A DNA stretch of 64,000 nt from Gemmatimonadaceae bacterium (GTDB lineage: Bacteria; Gemmatimonadota; Gemmatimonadetes; Gemmatimonadales; Gemmatimonadaceae). The notes below the pieces were generated by a model. The model was not told where the DNA came from. It worked only from the letters and a program-made list of their open reading frames with translations, and made no database searches. Within the stretch, counting starts at the first letter, position 1. Every line of letters starts with the position of its first letter. The position numbers and the translations under genes were made by a program. This document shows, piece after piece, positions 47,323 through 57,000 of the stretch. The stretch lies in NCBI GenBank assembly GCA_033763905.1, contig JANRJP010000037.1:32001-96000 (forward strand). The letters are read 5' to 3'.

Positions 47323-48833
47323 AGCAGGGCTTCGGACAGCACCTCGGGATGCGCCAGGAGATGCGGATCAATCCGCGTCTCTATCAGGCGATGGATCTGC
47401 TGTATATGCCGCTCCTGGAGCTGCAGCAGCATCTCAAGACCGAACTCGAGGTCAATCCGTTTCTCGAGCTGATCGAGCCCGAGGAAGACGAGGCGGAAGC
47501 GGACGAGGAACTCGCGGCCGAGGAACCGGTGCTCGCCGCCGACACGACCGAGGCGCCGCCCTCCTCGGACGCCATCGGCGATGCGCCCGACACCGGCGAG
47601 CAGACCGACTGGGACGAGTACCTCAACGCCGGCGACGAAGACGGCGGCGTGCGCGAGGAGCGAGAAGAGCGCGAGTGGCTCGAACCCGTGTCGGTGGCCG
47701 GGAAGGGCTTGGGCGACCATCTCGCCGAGCAAATCGCGTTACTCGAGCTCAGTGACCGCGAACGGAATCTGGCCGAAGAGTTCATCGGCGACATCGGCGA
47801 CGACGGATACCTGGTCGTGCCGGTCGCGGACATCATCGCCGGCGTCAACCGTCGCATTCGCGAGGCGCTGGAAGCGGCCGGGCTCGGCCTCGAAGCGGAG
47901 GATGCGCCGTACTACACGGAAGCCGAAGGCGAGCGGATGCTGGCCGTGGTGCAGGGGCTAGATCCGGCCGGCGTGGGCGCACGGGATCTGCGGGAGTGTC
48001 TGCTGCTCCAACTCACCGACCAGGGACGCGGGGACACGCTGGCCGCGCAGTTGGTCCGTGACGGCTTCGACGATCTCGTGGCGCGCCGGTGGAGCGAACT
48101 GGCCCGTCGCACGGGTCGCACCCCGACCGAGTTGCAGAGTGCCGCGGATGAACTCGCCAAGCTCGACCCGAAGCCCGGGTTGCGCTTCTCGGCTGGCCGC
48201 GAGGATTACATCATCCCCGACTTGATCGTCGAGAAGATCGGCAGTGAGTACCGGGTCTCGCTCAACGACGCCGGCACGCCGCGCCTTCGCATCAGCCGGA
48301 CTTATCAGGATCTGGCGCGCGACAAGAAGAAGTTCGACGCCGAGAGCCGCGAGTTCGTCGCGACCAAGCTCAACGCCGCGCAGTGGATGGTGCAGGCGAT
48401 CGAGCAGCGGCGACAGACGATGCTCAAGGTGATGACGTACATCGTCGACCGGCAGCGCGACTTCTTCGAGAAGGGCGTGCAGGGCCTCAAGCCGCTCACC
48501 TTGCGCGAAGTCGCCGATGTGATCGGGATGCACGAGTCCACGGTCAGTCGCGTCACCAACGAGAAGTTCGCGCAGACGCCGCGCGGCGTGCTGCCCCTCA
48601 AGTTCTTCTTCTCGTCCGGTCTGTCGACGAGCGACGGGGAAGATGTGTCGGCACGCGCGATCAAGGACTCCCTGCAGAAGCTCGTGGCCGGCGAAGACCC
48701 GAAGAAGCCCTACACCGATCAGGAGATCGTGCTCAAGCTCAAGGCCGACGGCGTCGACATCGCCCGACGGACCGTGGCGAAGTATCGCGATCAGCTCGGC
48801 ATTCTGCCGGCGAGGATGCGCAAGCGTGTGTGA
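47319..48833 (+). CDS. rpoN: RNA polymerase sigma-54 factor
   Basis: [23 protein letters not shown], RpoN box ARRTVAKYR. Confidence 0.98.
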   Translation: MKQGFGQHLGMRQEMRINPRLYQAMDLLYMPLLELQQHLKTELEVNPFLELIEPEEDEAEADEELAAEEPVLAADTTEAPPSSDAIGDAPDTGEQTDWDEYLNAGDEDGGVREEREEREWLEPVSVAGKGLGDHLAEQIALLELSDRERNLAEEFIGDIGDDGYLVVPVADIIAGVNRRIREALEAAGLGLEAEDAPYYTEAEGERMLAVVQGLDPAGVGARDLRECLLLQLTDQGRGDTLAAQLVRDGFDDLVARRWSELARRTGRTPTELQSAADELAKLDPKPGLRFSAGREDYIIPDLIVEKIGSEYRVSLNDAGTPRLRISRTYQDLARDKKKFDAESREFVATKLNAAQWMVQAIEQRRQTMLKVMTYIVDRQRDFFEKGVQGLKPLTLREVADVIGMHESTVSRVTNEKFAQTPRGVLPLKFFFSSGLSTSDGEDVSARAIKDSLQKLVAGEDPKKPYTDQEIVLKLKADGVDIARRTVAKYRDQLGILPARMRKRV

Positions 48834-48834
48834 T

Positions 48835-49758
48835 GTGAGTGTCCTCGTTCCGGCGAAGGACGAAGCCGAGAACCTCCCCGAGTTCCTCCGGCAGTGCGCC
48901 GAGGCCTTCGCGACGCATCCCGAAGCGACGTATGAGGTCGTGGTCATCGACGACGGGTCGCGTGACGGCTCGTGGCCGCTGTTGCAGGAGCTGGGTGGGC
49001 AGTACCCGTTCCTCAAGGCGGTGCGGCATCGCGCCCAGCGCGGCATCGCCGAAGCGCTGCGGACGGGCTGGCTGGCGAGCCGAGGCCCGGTGCTGGTGTT
49101 CTACCCCGCCGACCTGCAGTTCAAGCCGATCGACATCCCCCGGCTCGTGCGCCCGATTCTCGCGGGTGAGTCCGATATGGTCACCGGCCAGAAGCAGGGG
49201 GTGTACGAGAAGGCGTTCGTCTCGGGCATCTACAATCGGCTGTCGCGCTCACTGTTCCGCGTGCCGGTCAAGGATCTCAATTCGGTGAAGGCCTATCGCC
49301 GCGAAGTGATGGACCTGGTGCCGACACGTCCGGATTGGCACCGGTATCTCATCGTGATCGCGGCCGCCGAAGGATTCACCGTCACCGAGATCCCGGTGGC
49401 GCTCTACCCGCGCACTGCGGGCAAGTCCAAGTTCGGCCTGTCGCGCATTCCGATCGGCGTGATCGATCTGCTCGCGGTCTGGTTCGAACTGCGCTTCGGG
49501 CGCAAGCCACTGCTGCTGTTCGGGATGCTCGGTGCCGCGATGTTCGCGATCGGCGTGCTCTCGGGACTCGTCGCGCTGCTGGTCCTAGCGACTACGGGCA
49601 TCGGACTCCGCGCCGTGTGGACGGTGATCCAGACCTGTCTGGTGCTCGGCTCGATCTTCTTCTCGACCGGCCTGCTCGGCGAGCAGATCGCCGGCAATCG
49701 CGCGGAGCTGCGCGAGTTGCGCCGACGGCTCGAAGAGACGGCCGGCGAGCGTCGCTGA
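48835..49758 (+). CDS. GT2 glycosyltransferase (polyprenol-phosphate/ArnC-like, two C-terminal TMs)
   Basis: SVLVPAKDE, DDGSRDGS, ADLQ, R.AGKSKFG; C-terminal TM pair ending GLLGEQI. Confidence 0.88.
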   Translation: MSVLVPAKDEAENLPEFLRQCAEAFATHPEATYEVVVIDDGSRDGSWPLLQELGGQYPFLKAVRHRAQRGIAEALRTGWLASRGPVLVFYPADLQFKPIDIPRLVRPILAGESDMVTGQKQGVYEKAFVSGIYNRLSRSLFRVPVKDLNSVKAYRREVMDLVPTRPDWHRYLIVIAAAEGFTVTEIPVALYPRTAGKSKFGLSRIPIGVIDLLAVWFELRFGRKPLLLFGMLGAAMFAIGVLSGLVALLVLATTGIGLRAVWTVIQTCLVLGSIFFSTGLLGEQIAGNRAELRELRRRLEETAGERR

Positions 49759-49768
49759 GCGGGGCAGG

Positions 49769-50953
49769 GTGCGAATCCTTCTCGTTGCCCACGGATTTCC
49801 CCGCGGGTCAGATGACCTCGCCGGTGCCTTCCTGCTCGATCTCGCGCGCGGGCAGCAGGCCTTGGGCCACCAGCTCGCCGCCGTCGTACCGCACGATCGC
49901 GGGCTCCCGCTCGTGGACACCTTGGAGGGTGTCGAGGTGCGACGATTCCGCTACGGTGCCGACGAGGACGAGACCCTCGCGTACCGTGGCACGATGGCTG
50001 AGCAAGTCCTGCGATCGTGGACCGCGCGATGGCGTTTCGTGCGGTTCCTTGCGGCAATGCGTACCGAGGTGCGGCGCGCCGTTCGCGAATGGCGTCCCGA
50101 TGTCGTGCACGTGCATTGGTGGTTTCCCGGCGGACTGGCGATCTGGCCCGGCCGGCCACGCGTGCCCCTCGTGATCACCTCGCACGGCACCGATTTGTTC
50201 CTGGCCGATCGCTCCGGGCCGCTCCGAGCCTTGGCGTCGCGGATTCTGCCGTCGGCGGACGCGGTGACGGTCATTTCGTCGCCACTGGCCGAGCGCGCGG
50301 AGCGCCTGGGCGTGCCGCGGGACCGCGTGACCGTGGTGCCGATGCCGATGCGCGCGCCGACGCCGAGCGAGGGCGACGCGCCGGCACGGGTGGCGGGCCG
50401 CGTGCTCTTCCTTGGCCGACTCATCGCCAGAAAGGGCGCCGCGATCGCGATCGACGCGATGCCCGCACTTCGCGCGCAGGTGCCTGGCGCCACGCTCCGC
50501 ATCGTCGGCGATGGCCCCGAACGCGCGGCGCTCGAGGCGCAGGTGCAGCGACTCGGCCTCGCGGAGGCGGTCAGCTTCACGGGGGCCGTGGCGCCGAGCG
50601 AGGTGGCGGCGGAGTACGCGCAGGCGTCGGCTTTCGTGATGCCCGCGATCACCGACTGGAAGGGTGAACAGGAAGGGTTTGGCCTCGTATTGGTGGAGGC
50701 GATGCGCGCCGGCGTGCCCGTCGTCGCGTCGCGGTCCGGCGGCATTCCGGACATCATCGCCGACGGGGCCAACGGCCGCTTGGTGCCTGAGGGCGACGCC
50801 CTCGCGTTGGCCGCGGCGCTGGCCGACACCCTGCGCGATCCCGTGACGGCGCAGGCGCTGGCGGCGCGTGGCGCGCAGGATGTCGCGACGCGCTTCGCGC
50901 CCGCGACCATCGCACAGGTGTTCGATACCGTGTATCGACGAGCGGTGGCCTGA
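49769..50953 (+). CDS. GT4 glycosyltransferase
   Basis: HVHW, TSHGTD, GRL..RKG, VGDGPER, EGFGLVLVEAM. Confidence 0.92.
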   Translation: MRILLVAHGFPRGSDDLAGAFLLDLARGQQALGHQLAAVVPHDRGLPLVDTLEGVEVRRFRYGADEDETLAYRGTMAEQVLRSWTARWRFVRFLAAMRTEVRRAVREWRPDVVHVHWWFPGGLAIWPGRPRVPLVITSHGTDLFLADRSGPLRALASRILPSADAVTVISSPLAERAERLGVPRDRVTVVPMPMRAPTPSEGDAPARVAGRVLFLGRLIARKGAAIAIDAMPALRAQVPGATLRIVGDGPERAALEAQVQRLGLAEAVSFTGAVAPSEVAAEYAQASAFVMPAITDWKGEQEGFGLVLVEAMRAGVPVVASRSGGIPDIIADGANGRLVPEGDALALAAALADTLRDPVTAQALAARGAQDVATRFAPATIAQVFDTVYRRAVA

Positions 50954-51912
50954 TGGGAGCCGCCGCGCGTACCCGCAAGCCGTGGATGATCGCGGCCCAG
51001 CTCGCGGCCTTCGGGCTCGTGTTGTGGTTCCTTGGCCGGCAGGCGCAGCAGCACTGGGGGGCGATTCGCACGTTGCACGTCACGGTCGCGTGGGGCCCGC
51101 TGCTACTGGCCTCCGCGCTCACCACCGCGATGTACCTGATGCTCGTCGCGACGTGGCAGCACTCGATCGGCTGGTGGGGGCCGACCTTCACCTGGCGTGA
51201 TGCGGCGCGGATCTGGTTCGCGAGCAATCTCGCTCGCTTTGTTCCCGGCGGCGTGTGGCAGTTTGCCGGCATCGCCGCGATGTCGGCGAAGCGCGGCGTG
51301 TCGGCTGTCGCCGCGAATGGCGCCGCCATCCTGCAGCAGGTGGTGATCATCGTCTCCGGGCTGGCGCTGACCCTGTTCACTTCGCCGGAGCTCCTTGGGC
51401 CAACCGTGCAGCAGTACATCCCGAGCGGACTGGCCCCGGCGGTGGGGACCTCGGTACTCCTCGGCTTCGTGTATCTGTTTCCACGCTCGGCGTCCGCACT
51501 GGCCGCGCGCGCCGAGCGGGTCGCCGGTGGACCGGTCCGGTGGCCGGCGCCGCCCGTGCGTCAGTTCGCCGTGCACGCGGGGCTGATGCTGGTGATGTGG
51601 TTAGTTTACGGCGTGGCGTTCTGGCTGTTCGGTCGCGCGCTGTTCGGCGCCGAAGGGCCTGAGATCGGCCCCTCGATCGCGATCTACACAGCGGCCTACG
51701 TGGCCGGGATCGTGGCCGTGGTGGCCCCCGCGGGATTCGGCGTGCGTGAGGCAGCGTTGACCGCCGCGCTCACGCCGGTGATCGGCGGGGAGAAGGCCCT
51801 AGTGATGGCGCTGGCCTCGCGCGTTTGGCTCTTTGCGGTGGAGCTCGTCACGGCGGCGATCGTGCTGCTGTTCGTGCGACCGACACCCCCTGTTCCACCT
51901 TCGGATTCCTGA
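50953..51912 (+). CDS. lysylphosphatidylglycerol-synthase-TM / flippase-like membrane protein
   Basis: SNLARFVPGGVW, PAGFGVREA, ALASR; about 8 TMs. Confidence 0.8.
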   Translation: MGAAARTRKPWMIAAQLAAFGLVLWFLGRQAQQHWGAIRTLHVTVAWGPLLLASALTTAMYLMLVATWQHSIGWWGPTFTWRDAARIWFASNLARFVPGGVWQFAGIAAMSAKRGVSAVAANGAAILQQVVIIVSGLALTLFTSPELLGPTVQQYIPSGLAPAVGTSVLLGFVYLFPRSASALAARAERVAGGPVRWPAPPVRQFAVHAGLMLVMWLVYGVAFWLFGRALFGAEGPEIGPSIAIYTAAYVAGIVAVVAPAGFGVREAALTAALTPVIGGEKALVMALASRVWLFAVELVTAAIVLLFVRPTPPVPPSDS

Positions 51913-51913
51913 C

Positions 51914-54256
51914 GTGTCGCGACTGATCGATCGCTTCCCGCGGCTGTGTGCCGCCGCTTTGTACGCTGTCGTCACGGCGGTGACCTACCGCGCCGTCTTT
52001 GCCGGCGAGTGGCTCATCAACTCGATGAGCGACCAGCGCACGGGCTACGCCTTCCGCGAATTCGCGGCGGCACATTACAAGGCCACTGGTGAAATCGCCC
52101 AGTGGTACGGCTATCTCTTCGGCGGGATGCCCTACGCGGCCAACACCGCGCACGGCGACACCTTCTTCCCCACCTTCTGGCTTCGCGTCTTCTTCGACGT
52201 AGATGTCGGGATGTCGATGGCCTTCGTGGTGTTCACGTGGCTGGCCGGCTTCGCCACGTTCCTGTTCGTGCGAGGGCTGGGGCTCGCCGCTGGGCCGTCA
52301 CTCGTCGCCGGCGGTGCGTACCTGCTGAGCGGCCAGGTGATTTCGCTCGTGAGTCCGGGGCACGACGGCAAGCTGTACGTCAGCGCCTTGCTGCCGTTGG
52401 CGTTGTTGACGCTCTACCGCGCGGTGACCCGGGACGACTGGCGGCAGTATCTGGCGTTCGGGCTGGTAGTGGGAGCGGCACTGCTGACGCCGCACGTGCA
52501 GATGACCTACTACCTGCTGATGGCGGCAGGGTTCTGGTGGGCGTATCTGCAGTTCCTGCACACGCCGAAGGTTCCGGGCAGTGTGCCGAAGGCCACGGCA
52601 CTGTTCGTCGCCGGCCTCGCGACCGGTTTTGCGGTGGCCGCGGTGCAGCTGATTCCGTTCTTCGAGTACATCCCGCTGTCGCCGCGCGGCGCGGGCGGCA
52701 GCAGCACCGGCTATGAGTTCGCGACGAGCTACTCGCTGCCGCTCGGCGAGCTGATCGACACCCTGTGGCCCGGATTCCACGGGGCGCGCGAGAACTACTG
52801 GGGCACCAATCCGCTGCGCTTGCACTCGAGCTACCTCGGCGCCGCGGCCCTCGTGCTGGCGACGATCGGGATCGGGGCAGGGGAGCGGAAGCGACTCGGC
52901 GCGTTCTTCGTGTTCCTCGCGCTCTACGGGACGCTGTTCGCGTTGGGTGGCAATACGCCGTTCTATCGCATTCCGTACACGATCCTGCCGGGCATCGCGA
53001 AGACGCGTGCGCCCGATATGATCTTCTTTGTCACAACGCTGTCGGTGGCCGTCCTGGCCGCCTTTGGCGCCGAGCGCTTGCTGGCCAGCGGCCGCGAATC
53101 CGCACCGTCGCGAAAGGCGATGTTTGCGTGGATCGGGGTACTGGCGGTCGGCGCACTGCTCGCGGTGAGCGGCGGCTTCAAGAGCCTGATGGAGTCCGTG
53201 GCGTTGCCCGAGCGCTTGGCGGCGGTCGATGCGAACTACGGGGCGTTCACCCTCGGCGCGGTGCGCGTGTTTGTTCTCGGTGGGAGCGCCGCATTGCTCG
53301 TGCTCTTGGTTGGCGCGTCCAGAGTGCGGGGCGACACCGCCGTGCTGGCGTTGGCGGGCGTGGTCCTCGTGGATGGATTCACCGCCGCCCAGCCGTTCGT
53401 GCTGTCGAGCCCGCCGGCCTCACAGGTGTTTGCGGCCGACTCGGTGGTCAAGGTCCTGCAGCGCGACTCGTCCCTGTTCCGAATTCTCCCCGTGCCCGGA
53501 ACGCCCTACGGCTCTGACAACTATATGATGAGCCACCGGTTGCGTTCGAGCCTGGGGTACAACGGACAGGAATTGCAGCGCTGGGACGAACTGATGGGCG
53601 GCAAGAACCAGTGGCAGAATCTTGGGAATCCGAATCTCTGGAAGGTCACCGGCGTGAAGTACATCGTCACGCCGCAGCCGATCGCCGCCGCGCAACTCGC
53701 GTTGGTGGCCGGGCCTCTGACGACGTACGAAGAGACCCCAGCCTACGTCTATCGGTACGCCGATGCGCTGCCGTACGCCTACCTGGTGCCAGAAGCGGTG
53801 AAGGTGGAGGACGCACAACTGCTCCCGACCTTGCTCGATGAGCGATTCGATCCGCGCCGACTGCTCCTGGTACCGAAGGACGCCGCCGCCGGCGCTGCGG
53901 CGGTGTCAGCGCTTCCTGAGCCGATTGACGTCGCCGTGACGGCGCGCGAGCCGCGCGCCGGATCGCTGACGCTCGCCCTTGCAACACCGGCGCCGCGTCC
54001 GGCGTATGTGTTTGTGGCCGAGAACTGGCACCCGTCGTGGACGGCCACGGTGGATGGCACGTCCGCGCCCGTGCTGCGTGCGCAGCACAGCCTGATGGCC
54101 GTGCCGGTGCCCGCGGGGGCCAAGTCGGTGCAACTGCAGTTCGTGGCAGCGAGCTACGGGCTGGGGAAGGGGATTTCGCTTGGGGCGATCGTGATCGTGC
54201 TTGGTGTGTTGATCCTTGGGCCGGTGCTTGACCGGCGGAAATCGGCGGCGACCTGA
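51914..54256 (+). CDS. YfhO-like GT-C glycosyltransferase
   Basis: W...LFGGMP, GHDGK, HVQMTYY, multi-TM; C-terminal ENWHPSWTATVDG..AVPVPAG. Confidence 0.82.
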   Translation: MSRLIDRFPRLCAAALYAVVTAVTYRAVFAGEWLINSMSDQRTGYAFREFAAAHYKATGEIAQWYGYLFGGMPYAANTAHGDTFFPTFWLRVFFDVDVGMSMAFVVFTWLAGFATFLFVRGLGLAAGPSLVAGGAYLLSGQVISLVSPGHDGKLYVSALLPLALLTLYRAVTRDDWRQYLAFGLVVGAALLTPHVQMTYYLLMAAGFWWAYLQFLHTPKVPGSVPKATALFVAGLATGFAVAAVQLIPFFEYIPLSPRGAGGSSTGYEFATSYSLPLGELIDTLWPGFHGARENYWGTNPLRLHSSYLGAAALVLATIGIGAGERKRLGAFFVFLALYGTLFALGGNTPFYRIPYTILPGIAKTRAPDMIFFVTTLSVAVLAAFGAERLLASGRESAPSRKAMFAWIGVLAVGALLAVSGGFKSLMESVALPERLAAVDANYGAFTLGAVRVFVLGGSAALLVLLVGASRVRGDTAVLALAGVVLVDGFTAAQPFVLSSPPASQVFAADSVVKVLQRDSSLFRILPVPGTPYGSDNYMMSHRLRSSLGYNGQELQRWDELMGGKNQWQNLGNPNLWKVTGVKYIVTPQPIAAAQLALVAGPLTTYEETPAYVYRYADALPYAYLVPEAVKVEDAQLLPTLLDERFDPRRLLLVPKDAAAGAAAVSALPEPIDVAVTAREPRAGSLTLALATPAPRPAYVFVAENWHPSWTATVDGTSAPVLRAQHSLMAVPVPAGAKSVQLQFVAASYGLGKGISLGAIVIVLGVLILGPVLDRRKSAAT

Positions 54257-54324
54257 GCGTGGCGTCGACGGTGTCGTCAGTCGTTGCGTCGACGTTGTTG
54301 CGGCGCGTCTCGGGTGAGCACACG

Positions 54325-55095
54325 ATGGCACCTGTCGTTGGTCCGTTGTACCCGGGCGGACGCGAGGACGGCCGTGCGCTCGTCATTGTCCCGACCTACA
54401 ACGAACGGGACAACATCGAGAAGCTCGTGGGCGCCGTGCTCCGGCAGAGTGACCGCCTCGATGTGCTGATCGTGGACGACAGCTCGCCTGATGGCACGGG
54501 GGCCATCGCCGACGCAATGGCGGCGCGCGATCCGCGCGTGCACGTCTTGCACCGCGCGGCGAAGCAGGGCTTGGGCAAGGCGTATCTCGCCGGGTTCCGC
54601 TGGGGCCTCGACCGGCCGCAGTACGATTGCCTGCTGGAGATGGACGCCGATTTCTCGCACGAGCCGGCGCATCTGCCGCAGTTTCTCGAGGCCATCCGGA
54701 CGGCCGATGTCGTGCTGGGCTCGCGCTACGACCAGGGCAAGGTAACGGTCGTCAATTGGCCGATGACGCGGCTCCTGCTGAGCTATTTCGCCAACATCTA
54801 CGCCCGCGTCGTCACCGGACTCCAGCTCGACGACTCGACCGGCGGCTTCAAGTGTTTTCGCCGGGCGGTGCTCGCGGCGATTCCGCTGGACGAGGTCCAG
54901 TCGAATGGCTACGCGTTCCAGATCGAAATGAGTTTGCGCGCCTACAAGCGCGGTTTCACCCTCGCGCAGATTCCGATCGTGTTCACCGACCGCACCGAAG
55001 GGCAGAGCAAGATGTCGGGCGGCATCGTGCGCGAGGCCGTGCTGATGTGCTGGAAGCTGCGGTGGTGGTCGATGACCGGTCGGCTCGACCCGTGA
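54325..55095 (+). CDS. polyprenol monophosphomannose synthase (DPM1-like GT2); alternative start 54259
   Basis: VPTYNERDN, DDSSPDGTG, EMDADFSH, SNGYAFQIE, FTDRTEGQSKMS. Confidence 0.92.
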   Translation: MAPVVGPLYPGGREDGRALVIVPTYNERDNIEKLVGAVLRQSDRLDVLIVDDSSPDGTGAIADAMAARDPRVHVLHRAAKQGLGKAYLAGFRWGLDRPQYDCLLEMDADFSHEPAHLPQFLEAIRTADVVLGSRYDQGKVTVVNWPMTRLLLSYFANIYARVVTGLQLDDSTGGFKCFRRAVLAAIPLDEVQSNGYAFQIEMSLRAYKRGFTLAQIPIVFTDRTEGQSKMSGGIVREAVLMCWKLRWWSMTGRLDP

Positions 55096-55907
55096 GCGCT
55101 GCGGGCACCCGATTCTGGAAGTTGACCGGGTCGGGGAACGATTTCGTCTTCTTCGACGCCCGTGACGGCACCCAGGGGCTCGATTCGGTCGAGGCCGTCC
55201 GCGCGCTGTCGGCACGAGGGACCGGCGTTGGGGCGGACGGCGTCGTGTTTCTGGAGCGGTCGCCCACCTCCAGCGTACGCATCCGGTACTTCAATTCGGA
55301 CGGCTCGCCGGCGGAACTGTGTGGCAACGCCACGTTGTGTACTGCCAGATTGGCGGCGACGCTCGGCGCCGCCGATCCAGCCGGGATGACGATCGAGACC
55401 GCGGCCGGCGTGATCGCGGCGCGAGTGGTCGGCGCGGATCCTGAGATCGACTTTGCGCCGGTCACGATGGTCCGGCCGGTCGAGCCGTCGGTATCGCCTC
55501 AGGCCGGCGAGCACCGCGTGGGATACGCCAATACCGGCGTCCCGCATCTGGTTGTTCTGGTGCCGGACCTCGACGCGATCGACGTGGTGCGTCGGGGCCG
55601 GGAGCTCCGACACAGCCCGGACCTGCCAGGCGGCGCGAACGTCAATTTCGTCGCCCGAACACCGGCGGGTTGGGCGATGCGGACCTACGAGCGCGGGGTC
55701 GAGGGAGAGACGCTGGCCTGCGGCACCGGGGCGGTGGCCACCGGCTTGTTGCTCTCGATCTGGGGCGAGGCATCGTTGCCGGTCACGCTCAAGACTCGGA
55801 GTGGCCGCCTCGTGACCATTTCCGCGACTCGGGATAGCGACAGTTGGCACCCGACGCTTCGCGGCGAAGGCCGGATCGTGTTCGAAGGACTGCTTCCGGC
55901 GCTCTAG
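55092..55907 (+). CDS. dapF: diaminopimelate epimerase
   Basis: GSGNDF, GVGADG, NSDGS.AELCGNA, TGVPH, RTYERGVEGETLACGTG. Confidence 0.95.
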   Translation: MSAAGTRFWKLTGSGNDFVFFDARDGTQGLDSVEAVRALSARGTGVGADGVVFLERSPTSSVRIRYFNSDGSPAELCGNATLCTARLAATLGAADPAGMTIETAAGVIAARVVGADPEIDFAPVTMVRPVEPSVSPQAGEHRVGYANTGVPHLVVLVPDLDAIDVVRRGRELRHSPDLPGGANVNFVARTPAGWAMRTYERGVEGETLACGTGAVATGLLLSIWGEASLPVTLKTRSGRLVTISATRDSDSWHPTLRGEGRIVFEGLLPAL

Positions 55908-55910
55908 ATC

Positions 55911-55928
55911 CTGGTGGAAAACCACCAG
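55911..55928 (+). terminator. short hairpin immediately after dapF
   Basis: CTGGTGG-AAAA-CCACCAG; no U-tract. Confidence 0.35.
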
Positions 55929-56038
55929 ACATCACGTATTGCTCGACGCGAGCTGATTTAAGTTTATACGTGATAGGGAGTTATAGAGACTCACCAACAG
56001 CACGTCGTTTCGGCTTTCCACAATCCCTCTCGCTGTTT

Positions 56039-56066
56039 AGTTTACATAACATATCTTATACGTAAT
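56039..56066 (-). other. dif: dif site (XerC/XerD recombination site)
   Basis: minus strand ATTACGTATAA-GATATG-TTATGTAAACT: 11-6-11 architecture; right arm matches the Bacillus subtilis dif XerD-type arm as I recall it; AT-rich gap between convergent genes. Confidence 0.85.
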
Positions 56067-56080
56067 ATCTGGCGACAAAG

Positions 56081-56112
56081 ACAAAAGCGGGGAGCATCCA
56101 AGCTCCCCGCTT
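56081..56112 (-). terminator. Rho-independent terminator of the minus-strand TPR gene
   Basis: minus strand AAGCGGGGAGC-TTGGAT-GCTCCCCGC-TTTTGT. Confidence 0.8.
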
Positions 56113-56149
56113 CGTCCCACGATGGTGTCGCCGTAATGGCGATCAAGCC

Positions 56150-56803
56150 TTACTGCTGGACCTTGGCCTCGAGCTCACCCAATCGGATGCGCGCTTCGAC
56201 CGAGCGCGACGAACCTTCACGCTCCGCCAACTGGCGCCACAGCTTCACGGCTTCGGCCTTTTTGCCGGCCGCCGAGTAGGCCCGCGCCGCATCCGCCAGG
56301 TAGAGCTCGCGGTCGGTGCCCGACGTCAGCGCTGCCGCCTTTTCGTATCGGGCGGCGGCGTCCGCTTCCTTCCCCTGCTGGCTCAGGCCGGCGCCAATCA
56401 TCGCCTCGATCGAGGCCTTGAGATGGGACGGGGCGGAACCGGCCGCCGCCTGCAAGGCCTTAAGCCCGTCCTCCGGCTTCCCGTCCGCATACGACTGCTG
56501 CGCCATCAGCAGGGCGCTCATCGTGCCGGCGTTCGTGCCCGGGTAGCGCGACGCGACCTTCTGCAGCTCCTCGATGCTCTTGGTGCCGTTGCCCGCGGCG
56601 ACTGCCGCTTGGGCAGACAGCAGGGCGCGCTCGGCGCGACTTTCCTTCAGGGATTGCTGGCGTTCGAACAACCAGTACCCGGTCCCCGCCGCCGCCACGA
56701 CCCCCGCGATGATCGCGACCGTGCGCCAGTTCGTGGTCAGCCAATCGGTGAATGTGTCTTCAGCGCCCCCCGCGGCACGGGGAGCGAAGTTCGGGCTCGT
56801 CAT
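56150..56803 (-). CDS. membrane-anchored tetratricopeptide-repeat protein (YfgM-like)
   Basis: W...N..+TM, YPGT.AG, TPR-like helices (AAARYEKAA, KAEAVKLW). Confidence 0.8.
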   Translation of the reverse strand: MTSPNFAPRAAGGAEDTFTDWLTTNWRTVAIIAGVVAAAGTGYWLFERQQSLKESRAERALLSAQAAVAAGNGTKSIEELQKVASRYPGTNAGTMSALLMAQQSYADGKPEDGLKALQAAAGSAPSHLKASIEAMIGAGLSQQGKEADAAARYEKAAALTSGTDRELYLADAARAYSAAGKKAEAVKLWRQLAEREGSSRSVEARIRLGELEAKVQQ

Positions 56804-56966
56804 TGCGACTCGAGTTGCAGACTAGGCACCGGTGCAGAGCATCTGCACGCGGCGACCGACGGCCCCCGGGATTCGGCGGCGAATCGGTCAGACCCCTAAT
56901 CTCACCAGCCGGCGCACCGATTTCCAGCGGTTAACCAACCGGAGCCGCGGCGGGATGCCCGTTTCA

Positions 56967-56995
56967 TTGAAGATTCAAGAATTTGGTGGTAGGGT
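56967..56995 (+). promoter_or_regulatory. promoter of abm-like operon with overlapping palindrome (candidate MarR operator)
   Basis: TTGAAG-17 bp-TAGGGT with TG extension; TTGAA-GA-TTCAA inverted repeat at 56967-56978. Confidence 0.55.
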
Positions 56996-57000
56996 TGCCT

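Noticed and set aside
55844..56065. 73-aa ORF across the AT-rich gap
   Set aside because: Overlaps dapF, atypical composition, runs through the dif site
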